Assembly: GCA_018238155.1 (NCBI GenBank)
Contig: JABCTZ010000036.1
Location: forward strand, 397,241 to 461,240
Origin: Candidatus Heimdallarchaeota archaeon
GTDB lineage: Archaea > Asgardarchaeota > Heimdallarchaeia > JABLTI01
Length of the DNA stretch: 64,000 nucleotides
Direction of reading: 5' to 3'
Under the pieces are notes generated by a model that saw nothing but the letters and a program-made list of their open reading frames with translations, searched no databases and had not been told where the DNA came from. The translations under genes and the position numbers were made by a program. Positions 1 to 9,344 of this stretch are shown here, in pieces; position 1 is the first letter of the stretch, and each line of letters opens with the position of its first letter.

Positions 1-1
1 T

Positions 2-220
2 GAAATTGGGCAAGAAGTCACTCGAGGAGAATTGGTAGGTTATTTATTATATCATCGAGCTGGAGCTCACATACACTTTATGTTACAAAAAAATAATGAA
101 CCTGTATGTCCCTATCAGTATTTTAGTGCAGAAGCGAAAACAATTTTTGATGGTCTTTGGGGACAAATAGGTACTAGTGGTAATCCATGCAATGGTACTT
201 CATTGCTATGTTCTCATTAG
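2..220 (+). CDS. M23-family (LytM-like) metallopeptidase, C-terminal part (5' truncated by window edge)
   Basis: Frame is open from base 2: EIGQEVTRGELVG...AHIHF...PVCPYQYF, matching the M23 pattern GxxVxxGxxIG...HxHF...VxP. Confidence 0.55.
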   Translation, partial: EIGQEVTRGELVGYLLYHRAGAHIHFMLQKNNEPVCPYQYFSAEAKTIFDGLWGQIGTSGNPCNGTSLLCSH

Positions 221-434
221 ATATTTTTGCTTTTACCAATCTTTTCATTTTATCTATGCAACAACATATTTTATCTATGAGTTACCTAATAAATTAGTTA
301 AAAACTTTCAAAAGAAATAGTTAATGATAATTTCCTCAAAGAAATAATAAAGAGAATAATATAGAGATAGTAAATCAACTAATTAACAAACTAATAAGTA
401 AAATTCGTTATCATATTTTGGAGTACGTGTTCAA

Positions 435-1040
435 ATGCAAAGAGTAAAGTTCGGGAAGAAAGTTAGAAAATTTATTGCAGAAATTATACCAATTACATAT
501 TCAAAAGACATTTCAACCTATTTTGAAGAAATAGAAGAATTTCGAAAACTAGCACTAAAAATACCTGATCAAGAACAAGAGAAATATGAGCAATACTTTG
601 CAAAACATATGACCCATCAAATCAATTTAGTGCAAATCAATCAAAGAAAAATTGAGATGAAACATAGAGATTGTGTTCATGGTACAAGTAAACAATCTGC
701 GAAATTTAATTCATTGTTAGCTGATCCAAAACTAAAACAGCACATGAGAATATTTTATCAAAGAGAATATCTGAAAATTTTGAATCCAATGTACTTTCTT
801 GAGCAACTCAAAGAAAATTACAGTAAATATGTTGAAGTTTTGGAAATAACTCAAGCAGAATTCAGTGAATGGTTTTTCTTGGGTAGATCTGATTATTTGA
901 AGCAATTATTGCAACCATATATTATCGAGAATAAGCCTTCTGCAAAAGAAAAAGAAATTTGGATCTATAGAAAGCATACTCAAGAATTAAATCCTGAACG
1001 AAAGAAAAAGATGTATGAAAAAGCAGGATTAAATCAATGA
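435..1040 (+). CDS. Hypothetical protein
   Basis: 201-aa ORF with normal composition and no recognised motif. Confidence 0.55.
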   Translation: MQRVKFGKKVRKFIAEIIPITYSKDISTYFEEIEEFRKLALKIPDQEQEKYEQYFAKHMTHQINLVQINQRKIEMKHRDCVHGTSKQSAKFNSLLADPKLKQHMRIFYQREYLKILNPMYFLEQLKENYSKYVEVLEITQAEFSEWFFLGRSDYLKQLLQPYIIENKPSAKEKEIWIYRKHTQELNPERKKKMYEKAGLNQ

Positions 1041-1084
1041 AAAAATGTTCTGTTTTCTTTGTTTAAGCTTTTCAAAGAAAACAA

Positions 1085-2407
1085 TCAATCACCTTTTTCA
1101 GCTGGAAGAACAACTTTTTCTGGAGTACTCATCGAATCTTTTCCAAAGACAATGAAAAACACTGTACCGATTATACCAAAAGCTCCCGCGACAAGGAAAT
1201 TTACCCGTGGACCAACATCTGTTCCAATATTCCATAAAAATGCTCCACCAAAAGCAGCGGCTGAAACAACCAAATCTCTAATGAGATAATATGTACCAAA
1301 AGTGTTTGCTTTCGCATCTTCTGGAGCAAGCTCCATAATCAATGCTTTTCTTGTAGGTTCACCAAATTCCTTCAAACCACGAATGACAAAAGCAATTACA
1401 AAGAACCAAAATGATTTGCAGAAAATAAGTATAAATGGAAAAGCGGTAAAGAAGATGAAGGTTGTCACTACAAAAGGCTTCTTTCTATACCTGTCTGCAA
1501 AATATGCAACTGGAATATAAATTAGTACAGCAGTTACCATTTCAATTGTTGTTAAAACTCCAAATTGGATGGTTGTTAATCCATGTGTGTTTACTGCCCA
1601 GATGACTACAAAAGCATAAGGGATCTGTTCGGCAAAACGTATCAATATATCCGATATTAACAAATACCATAAACTTGAGGGGATGTTTCGGATGGATCGT
1701 ATCAATTTAATTGGCTTTTTGTCTTTTTTTTCTGGTTCCTTCACCAAAAACCATTGTAAAATTGTTGCAACAACAGCTAATCCTATGGCGATTCCAAATG
1801 CAATTCGTAATCCCAATATAGTTCCGAATGCATAGATTAGCATTCCACCAAAAATAGGTCCAAGTGCCATTGGCAATCTTCTGATGAGTGAATGTACTGT
1901 TACCCCCATAGTTTGTTTTCTCTTTGGGATGATTTTTGAAATCATGCTCATAATAGCAGGTAAAGAGATAGCTGTCCAAGAAATAAAAAGCACCGCACCA
2001 ACAAGTACTGCCCACCAATAAGGAACAAACAAAACAATGCTATAACCTGTTATAGCCATAATATTGAATACAACTAGCGCTTTTTTGTAACCAATTTTAT
2101 CACTTAGAAAACCTCCCGGAAATGAATAGAGTGATGATAAGAGGTTATCCATGCCATTAAGAAAACCAACAGCGAGTATTCCTCCACCCATTGATATTAG
2201 ATAGAGAGGGAGAAAACGTTCAGCCATTTTTTCACCCATTCCAACTAAGATAACTACACCAAGTAATGTAAGCATGCTTGGTTTAAAGAAAGAAGACCAT
2301 CCCTTTTCTTTAGGATGTTCAGGTGGATCTGGAGTATCAAAAGCTTCATCATGTAATTTAGATTGTTCTTCTGTTAGAGTATCCTCTGGCAATTTTTGAG
2401 AGACCAT
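1085..2407 (-). CDS. MFS transporter
   Basis: About 12 hydrophobic segments; motif A GGFLSDKIGYKK with a second-half repeat ADRYRKK. Confidence 0.9.
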   Translation of the reverse strand: MVSQKLPEDTLTEEQSKLHDEAFDTPDPPEHPKEKGWSSFFKPSMLTLLGVVILVGMGEKMAERFLPLYLISMGGGILAVGFLNGMDNLLSSLYSFPGGFLSDKIGYKKALVVFNIMAITGYSIVLFVPYWWAVLVGAVLFISWTAISLPAIMSMISKIIPKRKQTMGVTVHSLIRRLPMALGPIFGGMLIYAFGTILGLRIAFGIAIGLAVVATILQWFLVKEPEKKDKKPIKLIRSIRNIPSSLWYLLISDILIRFAEQIPYAFVVIWAVNTHGLTTIQFGVLTTIEMVTAVLIYIPVAYFADRYRKKPFVVTTFIFFTAFPFILIFCKSFWFFVIAFVIRGLKEFGEPTRKALIMELAPEDAKANTFGTYYLIRDLVVSAAAFGGAFLWNIGTDVGPRVNFLVAGAFGIIGTVFFIVFGKDSMSTPEKVVLPAEKGD

Positions 2408-2445
2408 ACTGAATCAAATCGGAATTCTTTATTGAAGATATAAAA

Positions 2446-2949
2446 TTATTCTTTCCTAACAATACGAATCCTGCCGTTCAATTTTGGTCGTTCTTCGGGG
2501 TATTTTGTTTGAGAACGAGAATCTTCTCCAGCAATTCTGCTTATTGCCCAACAAGCCCAATCACGAACTCGAGTGTTTTCATCTTTTGAAGCTTGGTGAA
2601 GAACAGGCATAGCTGTAATCGCTGTTTTATCTAATTCGCCTAACATTACTGCTGCATGGCTACGAAATTCTTTACTATCATCCCGTTTCAAAATATCAAT
2701 TAATATTGGAACCAATTGACTATTTTTTTCACCTAATTCACCTAAAGAAAGAGCAGCCCATTTTCTCACGTCCCAATTATTATCAGTTAAAGAATCAACA
2801 AGAGCTTTTCTTATGTTTTTGTCCTTTTTCCCCAATGTCCCAAGCATGTAAGCTGCAACAGCACGTGATTTAGTATCGCCAGTTTTCAAATCTTTAAGAT
2901 ATCCTTTGATTTCTTCACGACTTGTTTTGATACTATCTTGTCCTACCAT
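2446..2949 (-). CDS. HEAT-repeat (PBS-lyase-like) protein
   Basis: Repeated D..VR..AA..LG units; GGTGA RBS upstream. Confidence 0.85.
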   Translation of the reverse strand: MVGQDSIKTSREEIKGYLKDLKTGDTKSRAVAAYMLGTLGKKDKNIRKALVDSLTDNNWDVRKWAALSLGELGEKNSQLVPILIDILKRDDSKEFRSHAAVMLGELDKTAITAMPVLHQASKDENTRVRDWACWAISRIAGEDSRSQTKYPEERPKLNGRIRIVRKE

Positions 2950-3301
2950 TTTTTCACCTTACAACAAAAATATACTATGTCTTTCCAATAATTATTCTCT
3001 AATGTAATTAAAAAAATAGCGGTTGCGTATTTAAACTCAAAACATCAGATTAACCATTCAGACAAAAAATAAAATAGACGGTTTGTTGGACTTGTACTAA
3101 TTATGCCAAATTTCTAACACTTCTAGTTGATATCATTGTGAGTGAGCTATGTTCGTATATAATAATAGAATCCGATGTAGTTTTGATATTCAAGAAATAA
3201 TCTTACTATGTTTCACAAGAATATCATACTCGATGGAGTCTATGCTAAACATCACATACTTGCAAACGATCTAGTTTAAGATAAGAATTGGTTATCCGTT
3301 G

Positions 3302-3784
3302 TTACTTAATGGTTGAATACTTTGTTAACATAGCATTATATCCTTGAATGCTTTCTTCAGCTATGGTACTATCTTCTAACCATGATTTTATGTGAACTAG
3401 TCGTGTTGCTATCCAGGAGAAATCTTCAACATCAAAAGCAAGAGCTAGTTCCCATTCGGTAGCTGTTAAATGAGCTTGGTTCACTTTTTCAGCTTCTGAA
3501 AAAAGTAGGTTTGCACTTATCTTAAACCCCATTTTTTTCAGTTCATTTAATTCAATAATTTCATGTATTAGTAACCACTTTGATTGTAAAACATTATCAA
3601 GTGTGATTGTATCTCCTGAAGGTGCTTCTCCTTCGAAATAATCAATTAATTCTTGAGTATAAATTTCTTCTATTAGATAACTGTTTTTCAATAGAAGTGT
3701 ACGAAAAAGATTAATTTTTTTCTGAATTTCAACAAGAGCATTTTTGTTGTTGAGATGATTTGAAGCTACCAATATTAACAACAA
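3302..3784 (-). CDS. Hypothetical protein (HExxE-like segment)
   Basis: 160-aa ORF containing LIHEIIE; start uncertain. Confidence 0.55.
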   Translation of the reverse strand: MLLILVASNHLNNKNALVEIQKKINLFRTLLLKNSYLIEEIYTQELIDYFEGEAPSGDTITLDNVLQSKWLLIHEIIELNELKKMGFKISANLLFSEAEKVNQAHLTATEWELALAFDVEDFSWIATRLVHIKSWLEDSTIAEESIQGYNAMLTKYSTIK

Positions 3785-4008
3785 AGTAATGATTTACGAG
3801 TCAATTAAAATAATTATTGGTGAATGAATATGGTTGGTAAAATGTTTATTGAGATACGCCATCTTTCTCTTTTGTACAACAATTAGTAAACATAAAACTT
3901 ACGCTGAAAAAATATTTATCGAAATAAGTTCGACAAAATTAATTTTCACTTTGCAACTATAGTAACATAGATATTTGATTATTGAAAGCTATGCGTTAGT
4001 AAGTTACG

Positions 4009-5118
4009 GTGAGAATAAAATTGACTGAGAAGAAACGATATTCTTTATTGTGCCCACATTGTAAGGATAACATCGCATTTGAATTAAGTGTAGAAGAATT
4101 AGAAAAAAGCTATTCTGGAGAAACGGCAAAAATATCTCTCGCAACACATGGAAGCCCTGAACATACTGTAGATGTTTATATTGATCGTGATGGGCTAATA
4201 CGTTCTGCTTTTGCAAATTTCGCTTCAATTGAAACCAAGGTTTCTCTACAGAATACCTATATTACAGATGCAACAAGTGAACTCAATCCTCAAGAAGGAC
4301 TAGCAATTGGAGTCAAAGTTGTCCCTTATACTGTTACTATTGGTGATAGCTCACCGAAAAAATATAATGAAGAAGTATTTTTTTCGGAAGTTTACGATGG
4401 GTTGAAATCTGATAAAAGAGTTAAAAGTCAACCTGTTTCTGTTGAGTCATTTTTAGAAGCTTTCAAAACATCTCCACGCGATAAGCCTGTGATTACTGTA
4501 ACTGTTAGTATGAAGTACAGTGAAGGATATGCTAACGCTGTCAAAGCTAAGAAAATCCTCGCAAAGGAAGACCCCTCTTTTGCCAAAAATATCCACATTG
4601 TTGATTCAAAAACAACTGGGCCAATGATGAAATTAATGGTGAAAAAAGCTCTTTCTTTGGATGAAGAAGGGCAAAGTGTCTCTGAAATAATTGAATACTT
4701 GAATTGGATACGCGAAAAACATTTAACTTATATTTATGTTGATTCATTGAGTGCTCTTCGAAAAAGCGAACGTGTTGGTCGTGTGACATCATTTTTTGGT
4801 AATTTACTTGGTTTAAAACCTGTCATTATTGAGAATGAAAACAATAATGGAGAACTTAAACCTTTTAAAACTGTTCGTAGTAAGAAAGCTGCTATTAAAG
4901 AAATTGTTAAAGCAATTAGAGAACAATTTGGTTATGTAGAACTTGTTGGAGTAATTATTTATGGTATCATTATTGATGATGCATTAGAAATGCAAGAGAT
5001 GCTTAAAGAAGATTCAAGAACTGAAGATAATGACTTTACAATGGATTTCATTGGTACTGGAGTCGCAATGCATCTGAGCTATGATGTTCTTGGTATCTCT
5101 CTCTATCCTAAATTATGA
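4009..5118 (+). CDS. degV: DegV/FakB-family fatty-acid-binding protein with N-terminal CxxC...H...H domain
   Basis: YITDATSEL, KSQPVS, TVSMKYSEGYANA, IHIVDSK, RVG...GNLLGLKPVI, IGTGVAMH are DegV hallmarks; about 80 extra N-terminal residues contain CPHC. Confidence 0.85.
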   Translation: MRIKLTEKKRYSLLCPHCKDNIAFELSVEELEKSYSGETAKISLATHGSPEHTVDVYIDRDGLIRSAFANFASIETKVSLQNTYITDATSELNPQEGLAIGVKVVPYTVTIGDSSPKKYNEEVFFSEVYDGLKSDKRVKSQPVSVESFLEAFKTSPRDKPVITVTVSMKYSEGYANAVKAKKILAKEDPSFAKNIHIVDSKTTGPMMKLMVKKALSLDEEGQSVSEIIEYLNWIREKHLTYIYVDSLSALRKSERVGRVTSFFGNLLGLKPVIIENENNNGELKPFKTVRSKKAAIKEIVKAIREQFGYVELVGVIIYGIIIDDALEMQEMLKEDSRTEDNDFTMDFIGTGVAMHLSYDVLGISLYPKL

Positions 5119-5307
5119 TTCTTCTTCAACGTTGTTAATAGAAGAATCTTTTTCCTTTTCTTTTTTTAAATTAAGGATAACTTGCTTTGCTTACCATTTT
5201 TTGAGGAAAAGTAAATCATCACTTTATTTTTGTTGATAACTATTTATAGTTTTTAACAAACTAACGTACTATTTTATGTGTATAGAATCTCTCTGGAGAT
5301 AAAATTA

Positions 5308-5379
5308 ATGTCAACAAGTACTGAATTTGATGCCGTTATTGAACTACCTAAAAAAGGTTATAGGGGGAGGGAGGCCTAA
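5308..5379 (+). CDS. Possible 23-aa small ORF (MSTSTEFDAVIELPKKGYRGREA)
   Basis: GGAGAT RBS-like sequence 7 nt before ATG and a TATTTATA box near 5241; could be a gene remnant. Confidence 0.25.
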   Translation: MSTSTEFDAVIELPKKGYRGREA

Positions 5380-5558
5380 TAACCGTGTAAAAAAGAAAAA
5401 AGTTTTCTATTTTGGTCACTAGGCTGAACTTATTTTATACTCATATAATAAAAAGCTTTTGTCGATTACATAAAAGCAATTTTTGCTTTACTTTCTACTT
5501 ATATAAATAAGTTCTTGATTAAGTTTCTATTTTTTTATTGTTCTAAATAGAATTATGT

Positions 5559-6722
5559 TTAAACTTTTCGTCGAGAGATACGTATAAATTCCTCAGTATC
5601 ACCACATACAGGGCAACCTTTTTCCTTTAACACTTCAATATTTTTTGTTTCCAATGTTAACCCTACTTCTGTGATATGTCCATTTTTACATTGATATTCT
5701 CTAATAGTGGGATTTAATTCACCCGTATAGATCTTCCCACTAAAATCTAAAGTGATCAATGATTTTGAGCTATCAGTTGTCGATAAAATACTGATATAAG
5801 TGGTGTTTCCGTGCATTTCAGCACCTTCATATAAATTGAAACCCGGTATTAATTGTTGAATTGCTAATCCTAGTTTTGTTAATGAGTTTTGAACTTCTAA
5901 TTGTATTTTAGGTGGGCGATGAGCATAAGCTAGGTAGATCTTTCTTCCTGATTCATCTTTTAACCCTTGAATTGCTCTGGAAAGAAATAATTCTAATCCG
6001 GGAATAGTGTACGGTGGATCTGTAAGAACTACATCAAATCTATTCGTCAAATCTTCAGCAAGCGATTTACGTAAATCATGTGTTACACAATTAATATGGA
6101 AATTGTTTTCTTCTGAGATTTCTTTTATCACTTTTAACAATCTGGTATCAATATCTAAAACAGTGATTTTTGCATTTGTTTTTAGCTGAGCAATTGCTAG
6201 AGATGTAAAATCATCATCTCCAATTAATAGTATCTCTCTACCTTCAAGATCATTGTTTTCTAACATCAAATAAGCTCGGCGAATTGCTGTTATTGGTCTA
6301 CCAAAAGCTTGATCAATTTCTGTTTGAGGTTTTGGTCTTCGCTCAGAAAAGATTCTTTGTTTAGCAATCAATTTTTCAGCTTCATGTGGGAGTGCAAGAC
6401 CGGTACTGTCACATTTTTTACAGCTGTGGCTTTCAAGGTAATTAATGCCTAATACATCATTAACAAAAATTAATCCTCTTTTGGTTAAAATAGCCCCTTT
6501 TTTTTCACGACTAATTAAATTAACTTTTTCTAATTCTTTTCTTATTGCAGCTATAGTTGGTATGGGCATTTTTATCTTTCTTGAGAGGCTTTTGGTTCCG
6601 ATTGTACCACTAAGGAAAATTTCACGTAAAATGGCTCTAATTGCTTCCTTTCCTTCAAATACATTTGCTTTTTCAGCGATTTCATTTAATACTTCATCAG
6701 GATCATTAGTAATATTTGACAT
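5559..6722 (-). CDS. bpsA: Branched-chain polyamine synthase (N4-bis(aminopropyl)spermidine synthase) family
   Basis: RP....DQ, LEGREILLIGDDDFTSLA, LDIDTR, HDLR and TDPPYT..G..LFLSR motifs; N-terminal wHTH plus CxxC and a C-terminal zinc ribbon; adjacent to speD. Confidence 0.85.
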   Translation of the reverse strand: MSNITNDPDEVLNEIAEKANVFEGKEAIRAILREIFLSGTIGTKSLSRKIKMPIPTIAAIRKELEKVNLISREKKGAILTKRGLIFVNDVLGINYLESHSCKKCDSTGLALPHEAEKLIAKQRIFSERRPKPQTEIDQAFGRPITAIRRAYLMLENNDLEGREILLIGDDDFTSLAIAQLKTNAKITVLDIDTRLLKVIKEISEENNFHINCVTHDLRKSLAEDLTNRFDVVLTDPPYTIPGLELFLSRAIQGLKDESGRKIYLAYAHRPPKIQLEVQNSLTKLGLAIQQLIPGFNLYEGAEMHGNTTYISILSTTDSSKSLITLDFSGKIYTGELNPTIREYQCKNGHITEVGLTLETKNIEVLKEKGCPVCGDTEEFIRISRRKV

Positions 6723-6738
6723 TGAAATTTCCCATCTT

Positions 6739-7119
6739 TCATTTAATTTCCCTTGGCAATTCTTTCAATTCAAAAGATTCAGGCTTCAATTCTGCCTTAA
6801 TATATTCCCAAGCAACATAAGGATCTAAGGACTCACCACAGAGGAAAATGTCTAGGGCAGCGAAATTAAATTCTGGCCAAGTATGAAGTGAGATATGTGT
6901 TTCTTTCAGGATAACCACTACACTACAACCTAAAGGAGAAAATCTGTGAACTGATGCTTGAAGAACATGTGCTCCGGCTTTTTTTGCCGCTTCTGTTATT
7001 AATGTTAGAATTGCTGTTTCATTGTTTAGATCTGATTGACATTTATATAGATCAATTAATAGTTGATTTACTTTCAATGGTTCTTTCAATGGGTATTTTT
7101 TTATTTCTTCTTTGGGCAT
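6739..7119 (-). CDS. speD: S-adenosylmethionine decarboxylase proenzyme (class 1b), E-T-H variant
   Basis: HRFSPLG..VVILKETHISLHTWPE...ALDIFLCG; canonical ESH reads ETH. Confidence 0.85.
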   Translation of the reverse strand: MPKEEIKKYPLKEPLKVNQLLIDLYKCQSDLNNETAILTLITEAAKKAGAHVLQASVHRFSPLGCSVVVILKETHISLHTWPEFNFAALDIFLCGESLDPYVAWEYIKAELKPESFELKELPREIK

Positions 7120-7296
7120 CAAATTTTTTCTCCAATTTACTTGTTTTAGTTTGTAAAAAATGACAATATTAATGTATGTTTCCTTTGATTAATTTATTTT
7201 CATAGATAAAAGTAATAAAAAATATAGCTTCTTGTTCCATTAAATATAATTAGAATAAAGAGGTATTAAAATAACTATAGGAGAATGATTTAAACT

Positions 7297-8052
7297 ATGA
7301 GCACTATTGAAAATGAAATTTTGACATTTGATGAAGTTATATCCACTCAAGAGTTAGCAATGAAATATATTCGTGAACGAAAAAAAACTCATGGTTTAGT
7401 TCTAACTGCAACAAAACAAACAGGTGGACAAGGACGATTAGAGCGTAGTTGGTCATCTCCTATTGGTGGGCTCTGGATGACTACAATATATCAATGTAAA
7501 ACACCTCTAGCTCAATTTGAAGGTTTTTCAGTTCGTTTGGGTTTGGAAATGATCAAGGATTTTGAGAATTCAATTCCATTAAAATTTCAAATTAAATGGC
7601 CAAATGACTTGATAGTAAACAAGAAAAAAGTAGGTGGGATTTTGATTAATACACGAATAAAAGAAGATATTCTGACCGAACTCATAATTGGCATTGGTAT
7701 CAATATTAATAATCAAACAGAAACATTACCTCCCGAAGTAGCATCAATTGCTACATCAATGAGTGAAAACATGCTCGATAAGATTTCTATTAGTTCAGTT
7801 CAACACATTGTTCTTACAGCACAGAATAGGTTATTCCAAAATGTAGAAAGAAATGAGTTAGAAGATATTGCAGATATTTGGACCAAGAAATCTCTCAGTT
7901 ATCAGAAAACTATTCGAGTAGTTACTCGAGAAGAAACATTGACCGGCGTAGAGCAAGGAATTACTGAAAATGGTAGCTTAATTCTGAAAACAAATTCGAA
8001 TGAATTAAAAACAGTTTCTATAGGAGATATTGAATTGCTGAGAATAAAATAA
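7297..8052 (+). CDS. birA: Biotin--[acyl-CoA carboxylase] ligase (no HTH)
   Basis: QTGGQGRLERSWSSP, IKWPNDL, KKVGGIL, IGIGININ; GGAGA RBS. Confidence 0.95.
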   Translation: MSTIENEILTFDEVISTQELAMKYIRERKKTHGLVLTATKQTGGQGRLERSWSSPIGGLWMTTIYQCKTPLAQFEGFSVRLGLEMIKDFENSIPLKFQIKWPNDLIVNKKKVGGILINTRIKEDILTELIIGIGININNQTETLPPEVASIATSMSENMLDKISISSVQHIVLTAQNRLFQNVERNELEDIADIWTKKSLSYQKTIRVVTREETLTGVEQGITENGSLILKTNSNELKTVSIGDIELLRIK

Positions 8053-8076
8053 AAAATAGAAAGGGAAATTGATTCC

Positions 8077-8838
8077 CTACGCTTCAATTAATTGATTAAC
8101 AAAAAATTCTCGTAATGCAACGAATGTTTCATGACGAGCTTGGGGGTTCGTAAGATTGTGATCAGCATTTGGAATGATTTTAAATGCTTTTGGATTAAAT
8201 GCTTTAGAGAAAAGATGTCTCATACCTTTCATTGGCATAAAACTATCTTTTGAACCTGTAATAATCAGCAATGGTCTTGGTGAAATTCGATTAACACATC
8301 TTAATGGATTATTTCCTCGAATATCATTTTGCAATTTTTCCTTTACACCTGTTGCAGCTGTACGAACTAATCCTGATGCGGTTAATCCATCCCAGAGAGC
8401 ATCAAAGTGAGGATAATTCACAACAAAATCGAAATCGAATAGTGGTGCTTGTAAAGCAACTATTGCTACTCTTGGATCTCTCGATGCATGACATGTTACT
8501 AATGCTCCTCCCAGACTCACTCCATATAATCCGATTCTCATTGGATTTACTTTTGGATGATTTGCTAAAAAGGAAATTACATAATCCAAGTTTTGGAGTG
8601 AAGCATGGATTGTCGTTTCTCCTTTACTTTTGTAAAAACCTGATAAATGAAATACAAAATAAGCTATTCCGTTATCAGTTAAAAGTGATGCAAGAGCTTC
8701 TTCTTTAGCGAATTCATTTGAAACCAACCCATGAACTTTACAGACCACAGGATATTTCTTTCTATCATCATCTGGAAAGAAGAACGCAGCACTTATTGTG
8801 CTATTATAGTAATCGATCATTAATTCTTCTTTTTTCAT
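8077..8838 (-). CDS. Alpha/beta hydrolase (candidate thioesterase/esterase)
   Basis: HG oxyanion segment, GVSLG nucleophile, GSKD acid and NADH His; 14 nt downstream of accB on the same strand. Confidence 0.85.
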   Translation of the reverse strand: MKKEELMIDYYNSTISAAFFFPDDDRKKYPVVCKVHGLVSNEFAKEEALASLLTDNGIAYFVFHLSGFYKSKGETTIHASLQNLDYVISFLANHPKVNPMRIGLYGVSLGGALVTCHASRDPRVAIVALQAPLFDFDFVVNYPHFDALWDGLTASGLVRTAATGVKEKLQNDIRGNNPLRCVNRISPRPLLIITGSKDSFMPMKGMRHLFSKAFNPKAFKIIPNADHNLTNPQARHETFVALREFFVNQLIEA

Positions 8839-8852
8839 TTTTTGTTTATCTC

Positions 8853-9344
8853 CTATTTTTCTTTATTTTGAATTGGTTTTACTTTTATCATCAATTGCCT
8901 AGCTACTACTTGATCACCGGTATTCACTAGAATTTTATCTACGATACCATTAATTGGTGAAAGAATTTCATTTCTCATTTTCATAGATTCGAGAATAAGT
9001 AGGCATTGTTGATCACTTACAACATCCCCAATTTTGACTTTTACATCAACTATTTTCCCAGGGATAGCTGCTTTGATATCTGCTTGTCTCTTTTGTTGAA
9101 CTCCTTTCTTCAATTGTATTGTAGGTGAATGTCGAAAATCGAAATCTATTTCTTTGCCATCAAGAAAAATAACATTGTCTTTGAATTCAATTCTGAATTC
9201 ATGACCACTCACAAATACTTTATAGAATTTGCCATTAAAGATGACTTCAGGAGTAAAACTATAATTTTCTACGATTATTTTTTTATCGGTTTTTTCTAAT
9301 TCTAAATTAATACCATTTAGAGATATTTTGTACCTGTTTTCCAT
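8853..9344 (-). CDS. accB: Biotin carboxyl carrier protein
   Basis: IKAAIPGKIV...LESMKMRNEILSPING biotinyl-Lys motif; overlaps the accC stop codon. Confidence 0.95.
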   Translation of the reverse strand: MENRYKISLNGINLELEKTDKKIIVENYSFTPEVIFNGKFYKVFVSGHEFRIEFKDNVIFLDGKEIDFDFRHSPTIQLKKGVQQKRQADIKAAIPGKIVDVKVKIGDVVSDQQCLLILESMKMRNEILSPINGIVDKILVNTGDQVVARQLMIKVKPIQNKEK

